64,000 nucleotides of DNA from Candidatus Saccharimonadales bacterium (GCA_035710125.1 DASTDY010000063.1:22446-86445), one strand, 5' to 3'. Positions 1 to 9,836 are shown, numbered from the stretch's first letter. Translations and numbers: made by a program. Notes: generated from the letters alone by a model not told the origin.

Positions 1-311
1 TCGTAGCGAAGCTTTTCGCGTTGGATACGGCGTTTTACATTTTGGGTGAATTCATCGGTGACCTGCAAAAAATCATCGCGTGGCATGTAGCTTTTAGGGC
101 CGGCCTTTACCCTAATGACGCGAAGGCCGGGTTGGGCAGTTACAACCTCTTGTTTTGTCGCGCGATCCCAGCGGGTGTACACATCGACAATAATTCCTAG
201 GTTGGCAAGCAGACTTGCCATATTCATAACGTACACGTTTTGGCCGCCCGTTTCTTTTGTGCCAATTTTTGCGAGCGGGTCGGCGTGGTCGGAGATCATT
301 AAAATACGCAT
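1..311 (-). CDS. Glycosyltransferase family 4, N-terminal part (gene continues left of the window)
   Basis: Absent from the ORF track because truncated. Reverse translation from ATG (311-309) gives MRILMISDHADPLAKIGTKETGGQNVYV..., a GT4-type N-terminus. AAGGAG lies 8 nt upstream. Confidence 0.7.
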   Translation of the reverse strand, partial: MRILMISDHADPLAKIGTKETGGQNVYVMNMASLLANLGIIVDVYTRWDRATKQEVVTAQPGLRVIRVKAGPKSYMPRDDFLQVTDEFTQNVKRRIQREKLRY

Positions 312-524
312 GGCGTAAGCTCCTTTGTGAGCTGCCCCATGAGCCACCCCTCCATAGTGATGTCGGGAAATCCCATCATGCAACGTCTTCCTAAAGACAT
401 TACGTTTGCCTCATGTAATAATAGCCGATACTTAACTAAATTACAAATTGACGGCTGTCTGTACGGAGGTCTTTTAGCAGGTTTAAGGACGCAGCCGTCT
501 TTTATTTGTTACACTTAGGTTAGA

Positions 525-1874
525 ATGACCGCAAAAGAGCCTACGACCAGCCTAAGCAGCGCGACAGACCTGGCGGAGTACCAGCAGCTTCTGCACAAGC
601 GCCTGAAAACGCTGACACCGATTTTTGCCAAGGCAGCGATTGGTGATTTTTCTGGCCAAGTGCCACTCCCTGTTGAAGAAGACGAGTTGTCTGAATTTTT
701 TGTAGGCGTCCATTTTATTTTAGAGGCAATTCGCGAAAAGGTCGCAGAATTAGAGGAATCCCTTACCGAACTCCATGCGGCAAATAATATTATTGCAAAC
801 GAAAAAGCCCGCGTGCAGGCGATTTTAGATGGCATTGGCGAGGGAATTGTAACGGTAGACGAAACGTGGCGGGTTAACTACGCAAACGAACCAGCAATTA
901 TACTCTTAGGAGAGCAGGCCCGTATTCTAGGCCAAGATGCAGCACAGATCTTAAGGCTAGAAGACAGTAAAGGCAATTATGTGCCAGAATCGAAACATCC
1001 TGTGCTAAAAGCTATCGGAACACGTCGCAGAATTATTTACAACATGGCGAAAGGTATGCCGCTATTTTTACGGCAAGGTGACGAAAGGCGGCGCGTGGCG
1101 CTTACAATTACTCCAATCGTGCAGGGTCCAAAGACGGCTGGTGCGGCAATTGTGCTGCGCGATATAACCGAAGAAAGCAACATAGATTGGGCAAAAAGTG
1201 AGATTATTTCTATTGCCTCACACCAGCTGCGCACGCCGCTAACAGCGATAAAATGGTATATGGCGGCACTTCTGCGCGAAGACGACCTTACCCCAGCGCA
1301 AACCAAAAAATATATGCAGCGGGTAAACGATGCAAACCAGCACATGATAGACCTCGTGGACGCATTGCTTAATGTGTCCCGTATAGACCTTGGCACCCTT
1401 ACATTGCAGCCGCAGGCGCTCGATTTGCGATCGGTATTGGCAGACGTATTAAAAGAACTTTCGGTAGAGATTGCAACCAGAAAACTCACAGTAAATGTCT
1501 CTAGTAATAGCCAAATGCTGCCGGTGTTTATAGACGCAAACAGCGCACATATTATTCTGCAAAACTTGGTTTCTAACGCCGTAAAGTATTCTTCACCAGG
1601 CGGGCAAATAGACATTTTGCTACAGCAGCAAAACCAAAACGCCTTCGTGACTGTAAAAGACCAAGGCTGCGGAATCCCTGCCGACCAACAGCGCAAAATT
1701 TTTACCAAATTGTTCCGCGCCACCAATGCCCCACGGGTCGCGACCGACGGTTCGGGCCTTGGCCTGTACGTTACCAAAGCTTTTGTAGAGCGTGCCGGTG
1801 GCAAAATTTGGTTTGAATCTGTCGAAAACAAGGGCAGTAGTTTTTATGTTATAATTCCATCGAAAACTGCTTAA
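525..1874 (+). CDS. Sensor histidine kinase (PAS + HisKA + HATPase_c), no obvious TM
   Basis: H-box IASHQLRTPLTAIKWY, N-box LVSNAVKYS, G-boxes DQGCGIP and GSGLGLY, PAS-like GIGEGIVTVDETWRVNYAN. Confidence 0.9.
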   Translation: MTAKEPTTSLSSATDLAEYQQLLHKRLKTLTPIFAKAAIGDFSGQVPLPVEEDELSEFFVGVHFILEAIREKVAELEESLTELHAANNIIANEKARVQAILDGIGEGIVTVDETWRVNYANEPAIILLGEQARILGQDAAQILRLEDSKGNYVPESKHPVLKAIGTRRRIIYNMAKGMPLFLRQGDERRRVALTITPIVQGPKTAGAAIVLRDITEESNIDWAKSEIISIASHQLRTPLTAIKWYMAALLREDDLTPAQTKKYMQRVNDANQHMIDLVDALLNVSRIDLGTLTLQPQALDLRSVLADVLKELSVEIATRKLTVNVSSNSQMLPVFIDANSAHIILQNLVSNAVKYSSPGGQIDILLQQQNQNAFVTVKDQGCGIPADQQRKIFTKLFRATNAPRVATDGSGLGLYVTKAFVERAGGKIWFESVENKGSSFYVIIPSKTA

Positions 1875-1893
1875 GTTTATTTACAGAGGATTC

Positions 1894-2274
1894 ATGACCA
1901 AAAAAATTCTGATAGTCGAAGATGAAATTGCACTCTCGCAAGTGCTCAGCGATAAATTCTTGCAAGAAGGGTTCGATGTTAAGACTGCTGGCGACGGCCA
2001 AGAAGGCCTCGAGGCTATTCAATCTTGGAAACCCGATGTCGTATTGCTAGATATTGTCATGCCGCGCATGGACGGCATGACCATGCTGCACAAGCTGCGC
2101 GAAACCCCCGACGGCAAACGCCTGCCGGTAATTTTGCTTACCAACCTTAGCGACACCGAAAACGTGTACGAGGCTATGGCAAACGGCGTGTACGACTTTT
2201 TGGTTAAATCGCACTGGGACATTAACGAACTAGTGCACGAGGTCCAAACAAAACTACTCGACAACAGAAGTTAA
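1894..2274 (+). CDS. Response regulator, receiver domain only
   Basis: 126 aa, ILIVEDE...VLLDIVMPRMDG...LTNL...K pattern of CheY-like receivers, no output domain. Lies 20 nt after the kinase gene. Confidence 0.9.
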   Translation: MTKKILIVEDEIALSQVLSDKFLQEGFDVKTAGDGQEGLEAIQSWKPDVVLLDIVMPRMDGMTMLHKLRETPDGKRLPVILLTNLSDTENVYEAMANGVYDFLVKSHWDINELVHEVQTKLLDNRS

Positions 2275-2625
2275 CCATTGCAAGGCCTTGGTGCGGTCCT
2301 CGAAATATCGCACTGCGTCGCCTTTGCCCATGGCTCTAAGCAGTAAATTAGTGCCTACCCGCATGAGTACACTACCATCGCCAAGCATAGCTGCCCGCCT
2401 GTACGGTAGATTTTTTGCAAGCTCGACTACTGTTTTGCGAGCTGCAATATCGGTGTTTCCTAGTTTGGTGATGTCATCAAGCACGAGCAGTGGCTTGCCG
2501 TCTTTTTTGAGCTCTGCCAGGAGCTTTCGTACTTCGCTCCCCATTGCCAATACCGACTGTTCGGTTTGGTCACCGCTCACCATAATATACACAATGCCGT
2601 TTTTGAGGGTTACTTGGTTTTTCAT
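2254..2625 (-). CDS. STAS/SpoIIAA-like domain protein (hypothetical)
   Basis: 123-aa ORF convergent with the receiver gene, 3' ends overlapping by 21 nt. Alpha/beta pattern (VLVLDDITKLGNTDIAARK) resembles the SpoIIAA-like/STAS_2 family. Confidence 0.5.
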   Translation of the reverse strand: MKNQVTLKNGIVYIMVSGDQTEQSVLAMGSEVRKLLAELKKDGKPLLVLDDITKLGNTDIAARKTVVELAKNLPYRRAAMLGDGSVLMRVGTNLLLRAMGKGDAVRYFEDRTKALQWLTSVVE

Positions 2626-2718
2626 GTTCTTTTAGTATAAACTAAACTCACTAAAGCATAGATATAATTCGTGTTTACCTTATGGTAGAGTGAGAATAAC
2701 TATTAAAAGCGGGGGCAT

Positions 2719-3099
2719 ATGGCTGCAAAACCACATACTGTGCTGGTGATAGATGACGATCCATTTTTACTTGGTAGTGTGATCGAAACACTTACCCGAG
2801 AGGGTTTTAAAGTTTGGCAGGCCCATAATGGTAAAGAGGGGTTCGAGCAAGCTGTAAAACGCAAACCAGACCTTATTTTAACCGACAATGTTATGCCGGT
2901 TATGAGCGGCGTAGAAATGATTGCTGGTATCCGAAACCAGCCGTGGGGCAAACAGTTGCCAGTTATTATTATGACCAACATGTACACGGCAGATATGCTT
3001 AACCAGTCGCTCCAAGCTGGGGCAACAGATTACATCATGAAGTCAGACATCAGCTTAGCTAAAATCGTAGAACTTGTTCGCAGCAAATTAAAGGACTAA
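2719..3099 (+). CDS. Response regulator, receiver domain only
   Basis: 126 aa, VLVIDDD...LILTDNVMPVMSG...MTN...K receiver pattern, no effector domain. Confidence 0.9.
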   Translation: MAAKPHTVLVIDDDPFLLGSVIETLTREGFKVWQAHNGKEGFEQAVKRKPDLILTDNVMPVMSGVEMIAGIRNQPWGKQLPVIIMTNMYTADMLNQSLQAGATDYIMKSDISLAKIVELVRSKLKD

Positions 3100-3102
3100 A
3101 CA

Positions 3103-4419
3103 GTGGAACTGCCGCACCAGACACAACGCAGCTCGAGTACCGCTCTGTTGCTGGTGACCATCATTGTAGTTGGTGTATTCACATTATCTTCTTTAAATGT
3201 GCAAACCGTTCAGGAGCAGACCCGACGTAACGTAGAGGAGCGGGTCGCCACCATTGCAGCAGCACTCGATACAGAGGCGATTGCTAATTCGCAGGGCATG
3301 CCAACAGATGCAGATGCGCCAGCGTACCGCAGCCTAAAATCGCGGTTGATCGCACTTAAGCAGACAAGCGGTGATATAAGGTCGATTGCGCTATTTGTAG
3401 CAAAAGACGATGCCGTGGTGACGTTGGTAGATTCGCAGCAGCCAGGCGGCTCCGGTACGACATATACTGATACTCCGGCATTAAAAAATATATTTTACAG
3501 CGCGCCGATTCCAGTGGTAGAAGGGCCAATATCTAACCAGTCTGACTCGTGGGTAACAGCTTTGGCTCCCATTTTTAACCCAAAAACCGGCCGCGTGTTG
3601 GCAGTGGTTCAAATGCAACTTGATGCTGCGCAATATAACCAAACTGTGGTGAGTGCGCTTTATATTCCGCTGGGCGTAGGCGTGCTATTGCTTGTGGCTG
3701 TTATCGTGTACGAAATTTCTCGACGGCGCGATGCAAGGCTGGCACGAATGCGGTCAGAGCTAGTATCTATTGCATCACACGAGCTGCGCTCACCGCTTAC
3801 CGGCATGCGTTGGGCGGTAGAAGGCCTGCGCAAATCGGTTACAAATAAGGCCGAAGACGTAAAGCTAAAGGCAATGTACGAAAGTATTTTGCACTTACAA
3901 GCAGGCACCGAAGAAATTTTGCAGTTTACGGCGTTGTCTGGTTCTACAAAACCAAACTTTGCTAAAAACGACATTCGCGCGTTAGTACAAGAGGTATGCG
4001 ACACGCAGCATTTGGTCGCCCAACAGAAAAATGTACGTCTTATTTTACGCGATGAGTGGCCAAAGAAAGTTTTGCTCACCTGCGATGCCAACGGCATGAA
4101 GAGGGCGCTACATAACGTCGTGTCTAACGCCATAAAATATACGCGCGATAATTCACAGGTTGAAATTGGGTATCAAAAAACAGCAAAACAACACTGCATT
4201 TTTGTGAGTGACCACGGTATTGGAATCCCTCAAAATGAGCAAAAAAAGGTGTTTGGCGGGTTTTACCGTGCGAGTAACGCTAAAGCGTCTGGGGTGGGCG
4301 GCACAGGGCTAGGCCTCTATTTAACCCAGGCCATAATTGCGCAGCATAAAGGCAAAATTACCGTCGAATCGCAGGAAGGCAAGGGCACTACATTTTCAAT
4401 GTTTTTGCCCGACAAGTGA
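3103..4419 (+). CDS. Membrane sensor histidine kinase with periplasmic-type sensor domain
   Basis: GTG start 3 nt after the receiver gene. Two TM segments flank a ~150-aa ectodomain. H-box IASHELRSPLTGMRW, N-box VVSNAIKYT, G-boxes DHGIGIP and GTGLGLY. Confidence 0.9.
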   Translation: MELPHQTQRSSSTALLLVTIIVVGVFTLSSLNVQTVQEQTRRNVEERVATIAAALDTEAIANSQGMPTDADAPAYRSLKSRLIALKQTSGDIRSIALFVAKDDAVVTLVDSQQPGGSGTTYTDTPALKNIFYSAPIPVVEGPISNQSDSWVTALAPIFNPKTGRVLAVVQMQLDAAQYNQTVVSALYIPLGVGVLLLVAVIVYEISRRRDARLARMRSELVSIASHELRSPLTGMRWAVEGLRKSVTNKAEDVKLKAMYESILHLQAGTEEILQFTALSGSTKPNFAKNDIRALVQEVCDTQHLVAQQKNVRLILRDEWPKKVLLTCDANGMKRALHNVVSNAIKYTRDNSQVEIGYQKTAKQHCIFVSDHGIGIPQNEQKKVFGGFYRASNAKASGVGGTGLGLYLTQAIIAQHKGKITVESQEGKGTTFSMFLPDK

Positions 4420-4421
4420 GC

Positions 4422-4745
4422 TTAAGAGCCGTGTGTTTTTTTGGCGAGCTGTATTAATACATTGGCAAGGGCGAGCGCAAAGCCACCGGCAATTGCAACA
4501 ATGCTTGTGATCGGGGCGGTCTGAAAGCCGAGCACACCAGTTATTAAGAGTGTAACCATGACTACAGCCAAACGTGATGCGAGTGACCATTTGAGCGCAC
4601 GGGTAGCAATCACCCAAAAGGCACCGAGTACAACTACAACAAGTACGGCTACTGCTGCGTCTGCGGGGACAACAAAGCTGGGTGCGTTATCTGTTACGGC
4701 CGGTTCGGTATGTGGAACAGGTGAATCGTGGGCAAAAAAATCCAT
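4422..4745 (-). CDS. Small integral membrane protein (hypothetical)
   Basis: 107-aa ORF with three hydrophobic helices, abutting the upstream Mur ligase stop codon. No recognisable family. Confidence 0.45.
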   Translation of the reverse strand: MDFFAHDSPVPHTEPAVTDNAPSFVVPADAAVAVLVVVVLGAFWVIATRALKWSLASRLAVVMVTLLITGVLGFQTAPITSIVAIAGGFALALANVLIQLAKKTHGS

Positions 4746-6043
4746 TAATTTAAGGCTCCATCTTTAACTTTTTGGCGCAGCCAAGCATCGAGCGATCCAT
4801 TGCCGCTAGCCCCCATTGCAACGACCATATGGCCGTTTTTAAGGTGGTGTGCGATTGCCGTAGCAAGTTGGTCGTTAAGCTCGGCCGGCTCGGCAATGTG
4901 GGCGTTGGTAAGGTTTGGGATAAGCTGCTCTGGTGTGAGTATCGGTTGGTTGGGGTCTTCCCGTGCTAAAAATGTAGGCACCCAATATATTTTGTGTGCC
5001 TCGGCAAACACATTTTTGTATAGGTTTTTTATAAAGTATTGGCGGCGGTTGGTAAGCGGCTCGTAAATAACCACAATGGGTTGGTTTTTTTGGGCAAGTT
5101 CTGTGGCGGTAATCATGCCGCCGCGGAGTTTTTCTGGGGTGTGGGCATAGTTTGTATATAGGTTTGGTGCAAGCTGTTCCATGCGCTGTTTTAGGCCAGG
5201 GAACTCGTTTATGTGCGCAACCAAAGTGCTGGTAGATTCGCCAGTGAGCCTTTGCACTGCCTGCACGGCTAGCCATGCATCGTGCCGGTTATATTCACCA
5301 GGCAGGGTAATAGCATCGATTGCTGGGTTGTTTTTTGCGACAATAGAGCAATGCTGCGGTTTTGCGCCAAGCCAGTCGGCGTCTGAATCCCACATAAACG
5401 AGTGCTGGCTTTGGCCAAGGAAGTCGTTAAATGCTTGCTTAAGCGAGTCTTCGGTAGGAAATATCTCATGATGGTCCCAGCCCAAACCAGTTATTACCGA
5501 TAAAACAGGGTGGAATGCCAGAAAGTTGCGGTCGAATTCGTCGCACTCATACACAAAATATGTGCTACCAGGCGCAAGCTGGCCTGCTGGACCAAACGGA
5601 ATCTTCGCCCCTACTGAGTAGCCAATAGGGATCCTAAGCTTGCGGAACAGCCATATAACCATGGCTGTAGTAGTACTTTTGCCGTGCGTACCGGCAATGC
5701 CTATGAGTTGGAGGTTTTGGCTGGCAATTATGTGGTTTAAAAGTTCGTCACGTTTGCTGAGTTTAATGTTATGGGCGCGCGCGAACAAGAGCTCTGGGTG
5801 GTTAGGGTTTTCGCGCTCCACGGAAGAAGAATACACTAACCAGTCGATTGGTTTTTTGGCGTGCAGCCGTGCTATTGCGTGCTCGGTTTGGCCAATATGC
5901 AGCCCAATATCGTGGTGCTGTAACTGGTCGGTATACGCAGAACGTTGTTTATCTGAACCGGACACCTCAAAACCAGCCTGTTTGGCAATTAATGCCAAGG
6001 GCCCAATGCCTGAGCCGCCAATGCCACTAAAAAAGATATGCAT
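4745..6043 (-). CDS. Mur ligase family protein, MurC/Mpl-like (UDP-N-acetylmuramate--amino acid/peptide ligase)
   Basis: N-terminal Rossmann FFSGIGGSGIGPLALIAKQAGFEVSGSD and P-loop GIAGTHGKSTTTAMV. 432 aa is short for canonical MurC. Confidence 0.8.
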   Translation of the reverse strand: MHIFFSGIGGSGIGPLALIAKQAGFEVSGSDKQRSAYTDQLQHHDIGLHIGQTEHAIARLHAKKPIDWLVYSSSVERENPNHPELLFARAHNIKLSKRDELLNHIIASQNLQLIGIAGTHGKSTTTAMVIWLFRKLRIPIGYSVGAKIPFGPAGQLAPGSTYFVYECDEFDRNFLAFHPVLSVITGLGWDHHEIFPTEDSLKQAFNDFLGQSQHSFMWDSDADWLGAKPQHCSIVAKNNPAIDAITLPGEYNRHDAWLAVQAVQRLTGESTSTLVAHINEFPGLKQRMEQLAPNLYTNYAHTPEKLRGGMITATELAQKNQPIVVIYEPLTNRRQYFIKNLYKNVFAEAHKIYWVPTFLAREDPNQPILTPEQLIPNLTNAHIAEPAELNDQLATAIAHHLKNGHMVVAMGASGNGSLDAWLRQKVKDGALN

Positions 6044-6074
6044 ACCTATAGCATACTACAGATGTGGCCTTGCG

Positions 6075-6806
6075 CTAACGTTCTTCTAGTAGCATTGCTA
6101 GCCGGTCGGTATGGATCACGTATTTTTGGCGACGGTACTGCAAAATGCCTTCGCGCTCCAGCGCCTTAAGCTGGGTGCCGGTAGTCTCGCGGGTTAATCC
6201 TAAAAAGTTTGCCAAATCTTGTTGGGTGAGCGGTAGTGTCATGTGGGCGCGGCTTTTTGCGACCTGTTTTCCGAACCGCTTTACTAGCATATTTAGTGCA
6301 CAAAGTAGTTTATCTATAGATTTTGCCTGCTCTAAGCTAGAAATATGTTCGTGGTAATCAAGTGTCCGACCGATTAAGTAATGAAACAAGCGGGTAAAAA
6401 TGCGTGGGTGGTCTTTCATGAACTGTACGTATTCTTCGCGCGGAATCTGGTAAATATCGCAGTCTGTGTATGCCTCGTAAAAATATTTTGCCTTTTCGGA
6501 ATGACCAAAAATGGTGTCTACCGGAAAGATATCGTTGCGACTTTCAAAACTAAGAGGTTTTTCATTTCCTTCTGCTGTAATAAGGTATGTCTTTACAAAA
6601 CCCTTTTTAATAAAGTAACAGCTCGCCGGTGCCGTGTCTTGGCACACAATGAGTTTGCCTTTACCGTATTGTTTGCATGGGTAATTTGCAAGGAACTTTC
6701 GCCATTCTTCCATAAAAACCATTATACCGTGTGTCCTAGATGAGTGTGTGAGAAATTTCATTGTAAATAAGTTGACACTTACCCGATTACTAGAGGTACA
6801 CGTCAT
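6075..6806 (-). CDS. Crp/Fnr family transcriptional regulator
   Basis: cNMP-binding beta-barrel followed by the HTH QQDLANFLGLTRETTGTQLKALEREGIL. The true start is probably an internal ATG at 6722 or 6713. Confidence 0.8.
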   Translation of the reverse strand: MTCTSSNRVSVNLFTMKFLTHSSRTHGIMVFMEEWRKFLANYPCKQYGKGKLIVCQDTAPASCYFIKKGFVKTYLITAEGNEKPLSFESRNDIFPVDTIFGHSEKAKYFYEAYTDCDIYQIPREEYVQFMKDHPRIFTRLFHYLIGRTLDYHEHISSLEQAKSIDKLLCALNMLVKRFGKQVAKSRAHMTLPLTQQDLANFLGLTRETTGTQLKALEREGILQYRRQKYVIHTDRLAMLLEER

Positions 6807-6927
6807 ATGGATTTGTTAAATAACATACCAATTATGGCGGGCTAAGTAGACCGGCGCGGACTACACAATAAACGAGTGGTCAAGAAACCACTCGTTTAGG
6901 TACAGGCCGGCATGGCGTTTACTACGC

Positions 6928-8547
6928 CTAGCCTTCGGGCGAAAACGACGCAGGTGCGTGCCGCTTAAGAGGAACTTCCTTTAAGAAAAAGCTTATTACA
7001 AAGGCCACAACCATAACTACTGCCGATACTAAGAATACTTGCGTGATCGAGCTCGCAAGCGCGACCTGCAACGTGTGCACAAAAGATTGGAATGTATCTA
7101 CTGCAGGCGCAGGGAGTTTGCTTGCAATTGCCTGCTGTGCCTCGGGCGATAGCACACCTTGCAATGAGTTGACGTCAAGCTTGCTAAACTGGTCGCCCTG
7201 GCCATTTGCGGCTGCTGCTTGTACGAATGGGTCGTTTTTAACATCGCCAAGCTTACTGGTAAGCAGGTTGTTAAGAATACCGCCCATAATGGCAAGGCCA
7301 ACAGTGCTGCCTATGCTTTGGAATAGTTGGGTTGAGCTACTGGCTGCGCCGAGGTCTTTTTGTGGCAAGGCGTTTTGTACGGCCAGCCTAAACACTGGCA
7401 TAGCCAAGCCCAGGCCAATGCCGGCGACTGCCATGCGCCAGGCAAGGTCGAGATAGGTGCTTTGGGTGTGCAATCCGGTAAGTGTAAAAATACCAATGGC
7501 TGCAACGAGTAAGCCTGTGCTGATAAACACCTTATATTTACCGGTTTTGTTAATGACCTGGCCAACCACAATGCTGCCAGCGGTAAGGCCAACAATCATA
7601 GGAAGCAACAGAATGCCTGAGTTAGTGGCGCTGAAGTTTAACACTTGTTGGGCAAAAATCGGAATGTATATAATCGCGCCAAAAAACGACATACCAAACA
7701 GCAAGAACATTATGCTCACTAAGTTGAAAACTTGGTTCTTAAAGAAGTGCAGCGGAATAATCGGGTCTTTTGCCTTGCTTTCGGCAAACACAAAGGCGGC
7801 GGTTCCTAGGAGCGATGTTGCAAACAAGCCAAAAATTTGCGGCGAATCCCACGCCCAGCCTTCGGTGCCGCCTAAAGTTGTCGCAAGCACAAGGCTGGCA
7901 AGCACAGCGGTTAAAAGTGCAGCGCCTAAGTAATCAATAACCGCCTGCGCGCGGCTTTTTATGAGCGGCATGTACTTACTGATTAATGCAAACGACACAA
8001 TCCCAACCGGAATATTAATTAAGAACGTCCAGCGCCAGTCGGTTGTAAGGCCAAAGAAGTTGCCGCCATCGGTTAAGTAGCCGCCCAGCAATGGGCCAAC
8101 AACAGATGACAAACCAAAAACGGCGCCAAAAATTCCCTGCCATTTGCCTTGTTCGCGGGCGTCGAACAAATCGCCAATAATTGCAAAAGCATTGGCAAAC
8201 AGAATGCCGCCCCCGATACCTTGCAGGGCACGGAACGCAATAAGCTGTTCAATATTCTGGGCTACGCCACAAAGCAGCGAAGAAATTACAAACACCACGA
8301 TTCCTACAAGCAGTAGGCGTCGTCGTCCGTAAAGGTCAGACAACTTACCGGCAATCGGCACAGTAATGGTAGAAGTCAGTAAGTAGGCGGTGACTACCCA
8401 TGTAAGCTCTTTGAGTGCGTTGAATTCATTTAAAATTCTAGGTAATGCCGTGCTTACAATTGTTTGGTCGAGCGCCGCTAAAAACAGACCCGACATAACA
8501 GCGAGCATCACAATAACCTTTTGTCGCTTGGACAGATGGTGGAGCAT
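6928..8547 (-). CDS. MFS transporter, DHA2 (EmrB/QacA-type, ~14 TM) drug/H+ antiporter
   Basis: 539 aa, about 14 hydrophobic helices, MFS motif A GKLSDLYGRRR. Confidence 0.9.
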   Translation of the reverse strand: MLHHLSKRQKVIVMLAVMSGLFLAALDQTIVSTALPRILNEFNALKELTWVVTAYLLTSTITVPIAGKLSDLYGRRRLLLVGIVVFVISSLLCGVAQNIEQLIAFRALQGIGGGILFANAFAIIGDLFDAREQGKWQGIFGAVFGLSSVVGPLLGGYLTDGGNFFGLTTDWRWTFLINIPVGIVSFALISKYMPLIKSRAQAVIDYLGAALLTAVLASLVLATTLGGTEGWAWDSPQIFGLFATSLLGTAAFVFAESKAKDPIIPLHFFKNQVFNLVSIMFLLFGMSFFGAIIYIPIFAQQVLNFSATNSGILLLPMIVGLTAGSIVVGQVINKTGKYKVFISTGLLVAAIGIFTLTGLHTQSTYLDLAWRMAVAGIGLGLAMPVFRLAVQNALPQKDLGAASSSTQLFQSIGSTVGLAIMGGILNNLLTSKLGDVKNDPFVQAAAANGQGDQFSKLDVNSLQGVLSPEAQQAIASKLPAPAVDTFQSFVHTLQVALASSITQVFLVSAVVMVVAFVISFFLKEVPLKRHAPASFSPEG

Positions 8548-8549
8548 GG

Positions 8550-8846
8550 TTAGCCTTTCGTTTTTTTGGATTGATCTTGGTTGATGACCGTTTTGATTTC
8601 TTGCAATTTTTGGGTTATATCGGTAAGCATGGCCTCAACCTGTGAGACAGGGCAAATACCGAGCATATTGCGGTCTTTTATACCTATGATTACAAGCGAA
8701 TCGCCAGTGTCTATGCCCAAAGCCTCGCGGGCCTTAGACGGAATCACAATCTGACCCTTGGTGCCGACTGTGGCAAGGCCGTAGAAAGTGCAGTTCTGGT
8801 GGTTAGCTTTGTTCATAATGTATGAAATGTATGACGAGTCATACAC
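8550..8846 (-). CDS. AbrB/MazE/SpoVT-type DNA-binding protein
   Basis: Looped-hinge-helix motif GQIVIPSKAREALGIDTGDSLVII. Lies 2 nt upstream of and co-oriented with the MFS gene. The start may be the internal ATG at 8816. Confidence 0.7.
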   Translation of the reverse strand: MYDSSYISYIMNKANHQNCTFYGLATVGTKGQIVIPSKAREALGIDTGDSLVIIGIKDRNMLGICPVSQVEAMLTDITQKLQEIKTVINQDQSKKTKG

Positions 8847-8869
8847 TAAATTACGCTACACGGGTTGAG

Positions 8870-8897
8870 TTGTCAACAAAAAACTAACAGGTATACT
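8870..8897 (+). promoter_or_regulatory. Sigma70-type promoter giving a leaderless or near-leaderless mRNA
   Basis: TTGTCA (8870-8875), 16 nt spacer, TATACT (8892-8897). The ATG at 8908 is only 10 nt past the -10 box and has no SD. Confidence 0.4.
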
Positions 8898-8907
8898 AAA
8901 AAGCAAT

Positions 8908-9372
8908 ATGTCACACGAAATTTTTAGACAATTTTCTTCTAGGATTGCTCGGTTCGTAGGCCTGTCATGGACGTTCGTGCTTGCGGTAAGTTTGGTAGGC
9001 GGTTGGGTAACTGGCGGATTGCTGCACGGTTTTTCTGACACATGGCTGTTAGTCATGAATACATTTTGCTCAGTCACTACATTTTTAGTAGTGTTTATTA
9101 TCCAGAACACACAAAACCGACATACGCGTGAAATGCAGCTTAAGTTAGATGAGCTAATAAAATCCCAGCGCGCCGCCAGGAACGATTTGCTTGGCATGGA
9201 AGAATTCACAGATAAAGAGCTCGATGCGCTCCAAAAAGATTTCCAAGAACTAAGCCGCGAATTCGCCGACCGCCGCAAAGAAATAATCGCTGAGCGTTTG
9301 CTTAAAGAAAAATCACAGCCGTTTCTTTCTAGGCTAAAAGAAAGTGTGCTCCCAACCAAAAACGCCCGATAA
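8908..9372 (+). CDS. Low-affinity iron permease family protein (Fet4/PF04120-like)
   Basis: 154 aa with two TM helices, conserved stretch NTFCSVTTFLVVFIIQNTQNRHTREMQLKLDELI and a coiled C-terminus. Confidence 0.65.
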   Translation: MSHEIFRQFSSRIARFVGLSWTFVLAVSLVGGWVTGGLLHGFSDTWLLVMNTFCSVTTFLVVFIIQNTQNRHTREMQLKLDELIKSQRAARNDLLGMEEFTDKELDALQKDFQELSREFADRRKEIIAERLLKEKSQPFLSRLKESVLPTKNAR

Positions 9373-9402
9373 GGGCGCTTTTAGTTTTGTTGGTATTACC
9401 AA

Positions 9403-9726
9403 CTACCAGCTACGTTGGCGAAAATTACCGCCACCGTTGCCACCACGTGGTGCGCCGCCGCCGTCACGTGGACGGTCTTCGCGCGGACGAGCCTCGTTAA
9501 CAACGATAGCGCGGCCACCCATGTCTTTGCCGTTCATGGCTTCGATTGCTGCTTTAGCTGACTCAGGAGAGTCGAGCTCTACAAAACCGAAACCTTTAGA
9601 ACGACCAGTGTCGCGGTCGCTGATGATCGTCGCTGATTCAACTTGACCGAACTCAGCAAAAAGCTGGCGGAGTTCGTCATCGTTGGTAGAATACGGCAAA
9701 TTGCCGACATACAGTTTGACTGCCAT
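9403..9726 (-). CDS. RNA-binding protein with RRM domain and Gly/Arg-rich tail
   Basis: RNP2 LYVGNL and RNP1 KGFGFVEL motifs. The tail is RDGGGAPRGGNGGGNFRQRSW. Confidence 0.9.
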   Translation of the reverse strand: MAVKLYVGNLPYSTNDDELRQLFAEFGQVESATIISDRDTGRSKGFGFVELDSPESAKAAIEAMNGKDMGGRAIVVNEARPREDRPRDGGGAPRGGNGGGNFRQRSW

Positions 9727-9836
9727 ACTAGTTCCTTATATTACCTGCCGCAGAACGACCACTTACCGTTCCAGGTGTAGATGGCAGTCAGCCAAGTCTA
9801 CCAAACCATTTCGTACGGAAGTATCTGCTACTGTTT

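Noticed and set aside
327-518. 63-aa + strand ORF in the gap between the GT4 gene and the first kinase
   Set aside because: It has no SD and lies in a divergent promoter region. There is nothing to support coding.
1037-1831. 264-aa minus-strand ORF antisense to the first histidine kinase
   Set aside because: The + strand product has all kinase motifs. The antisense translation has no recognisable features.
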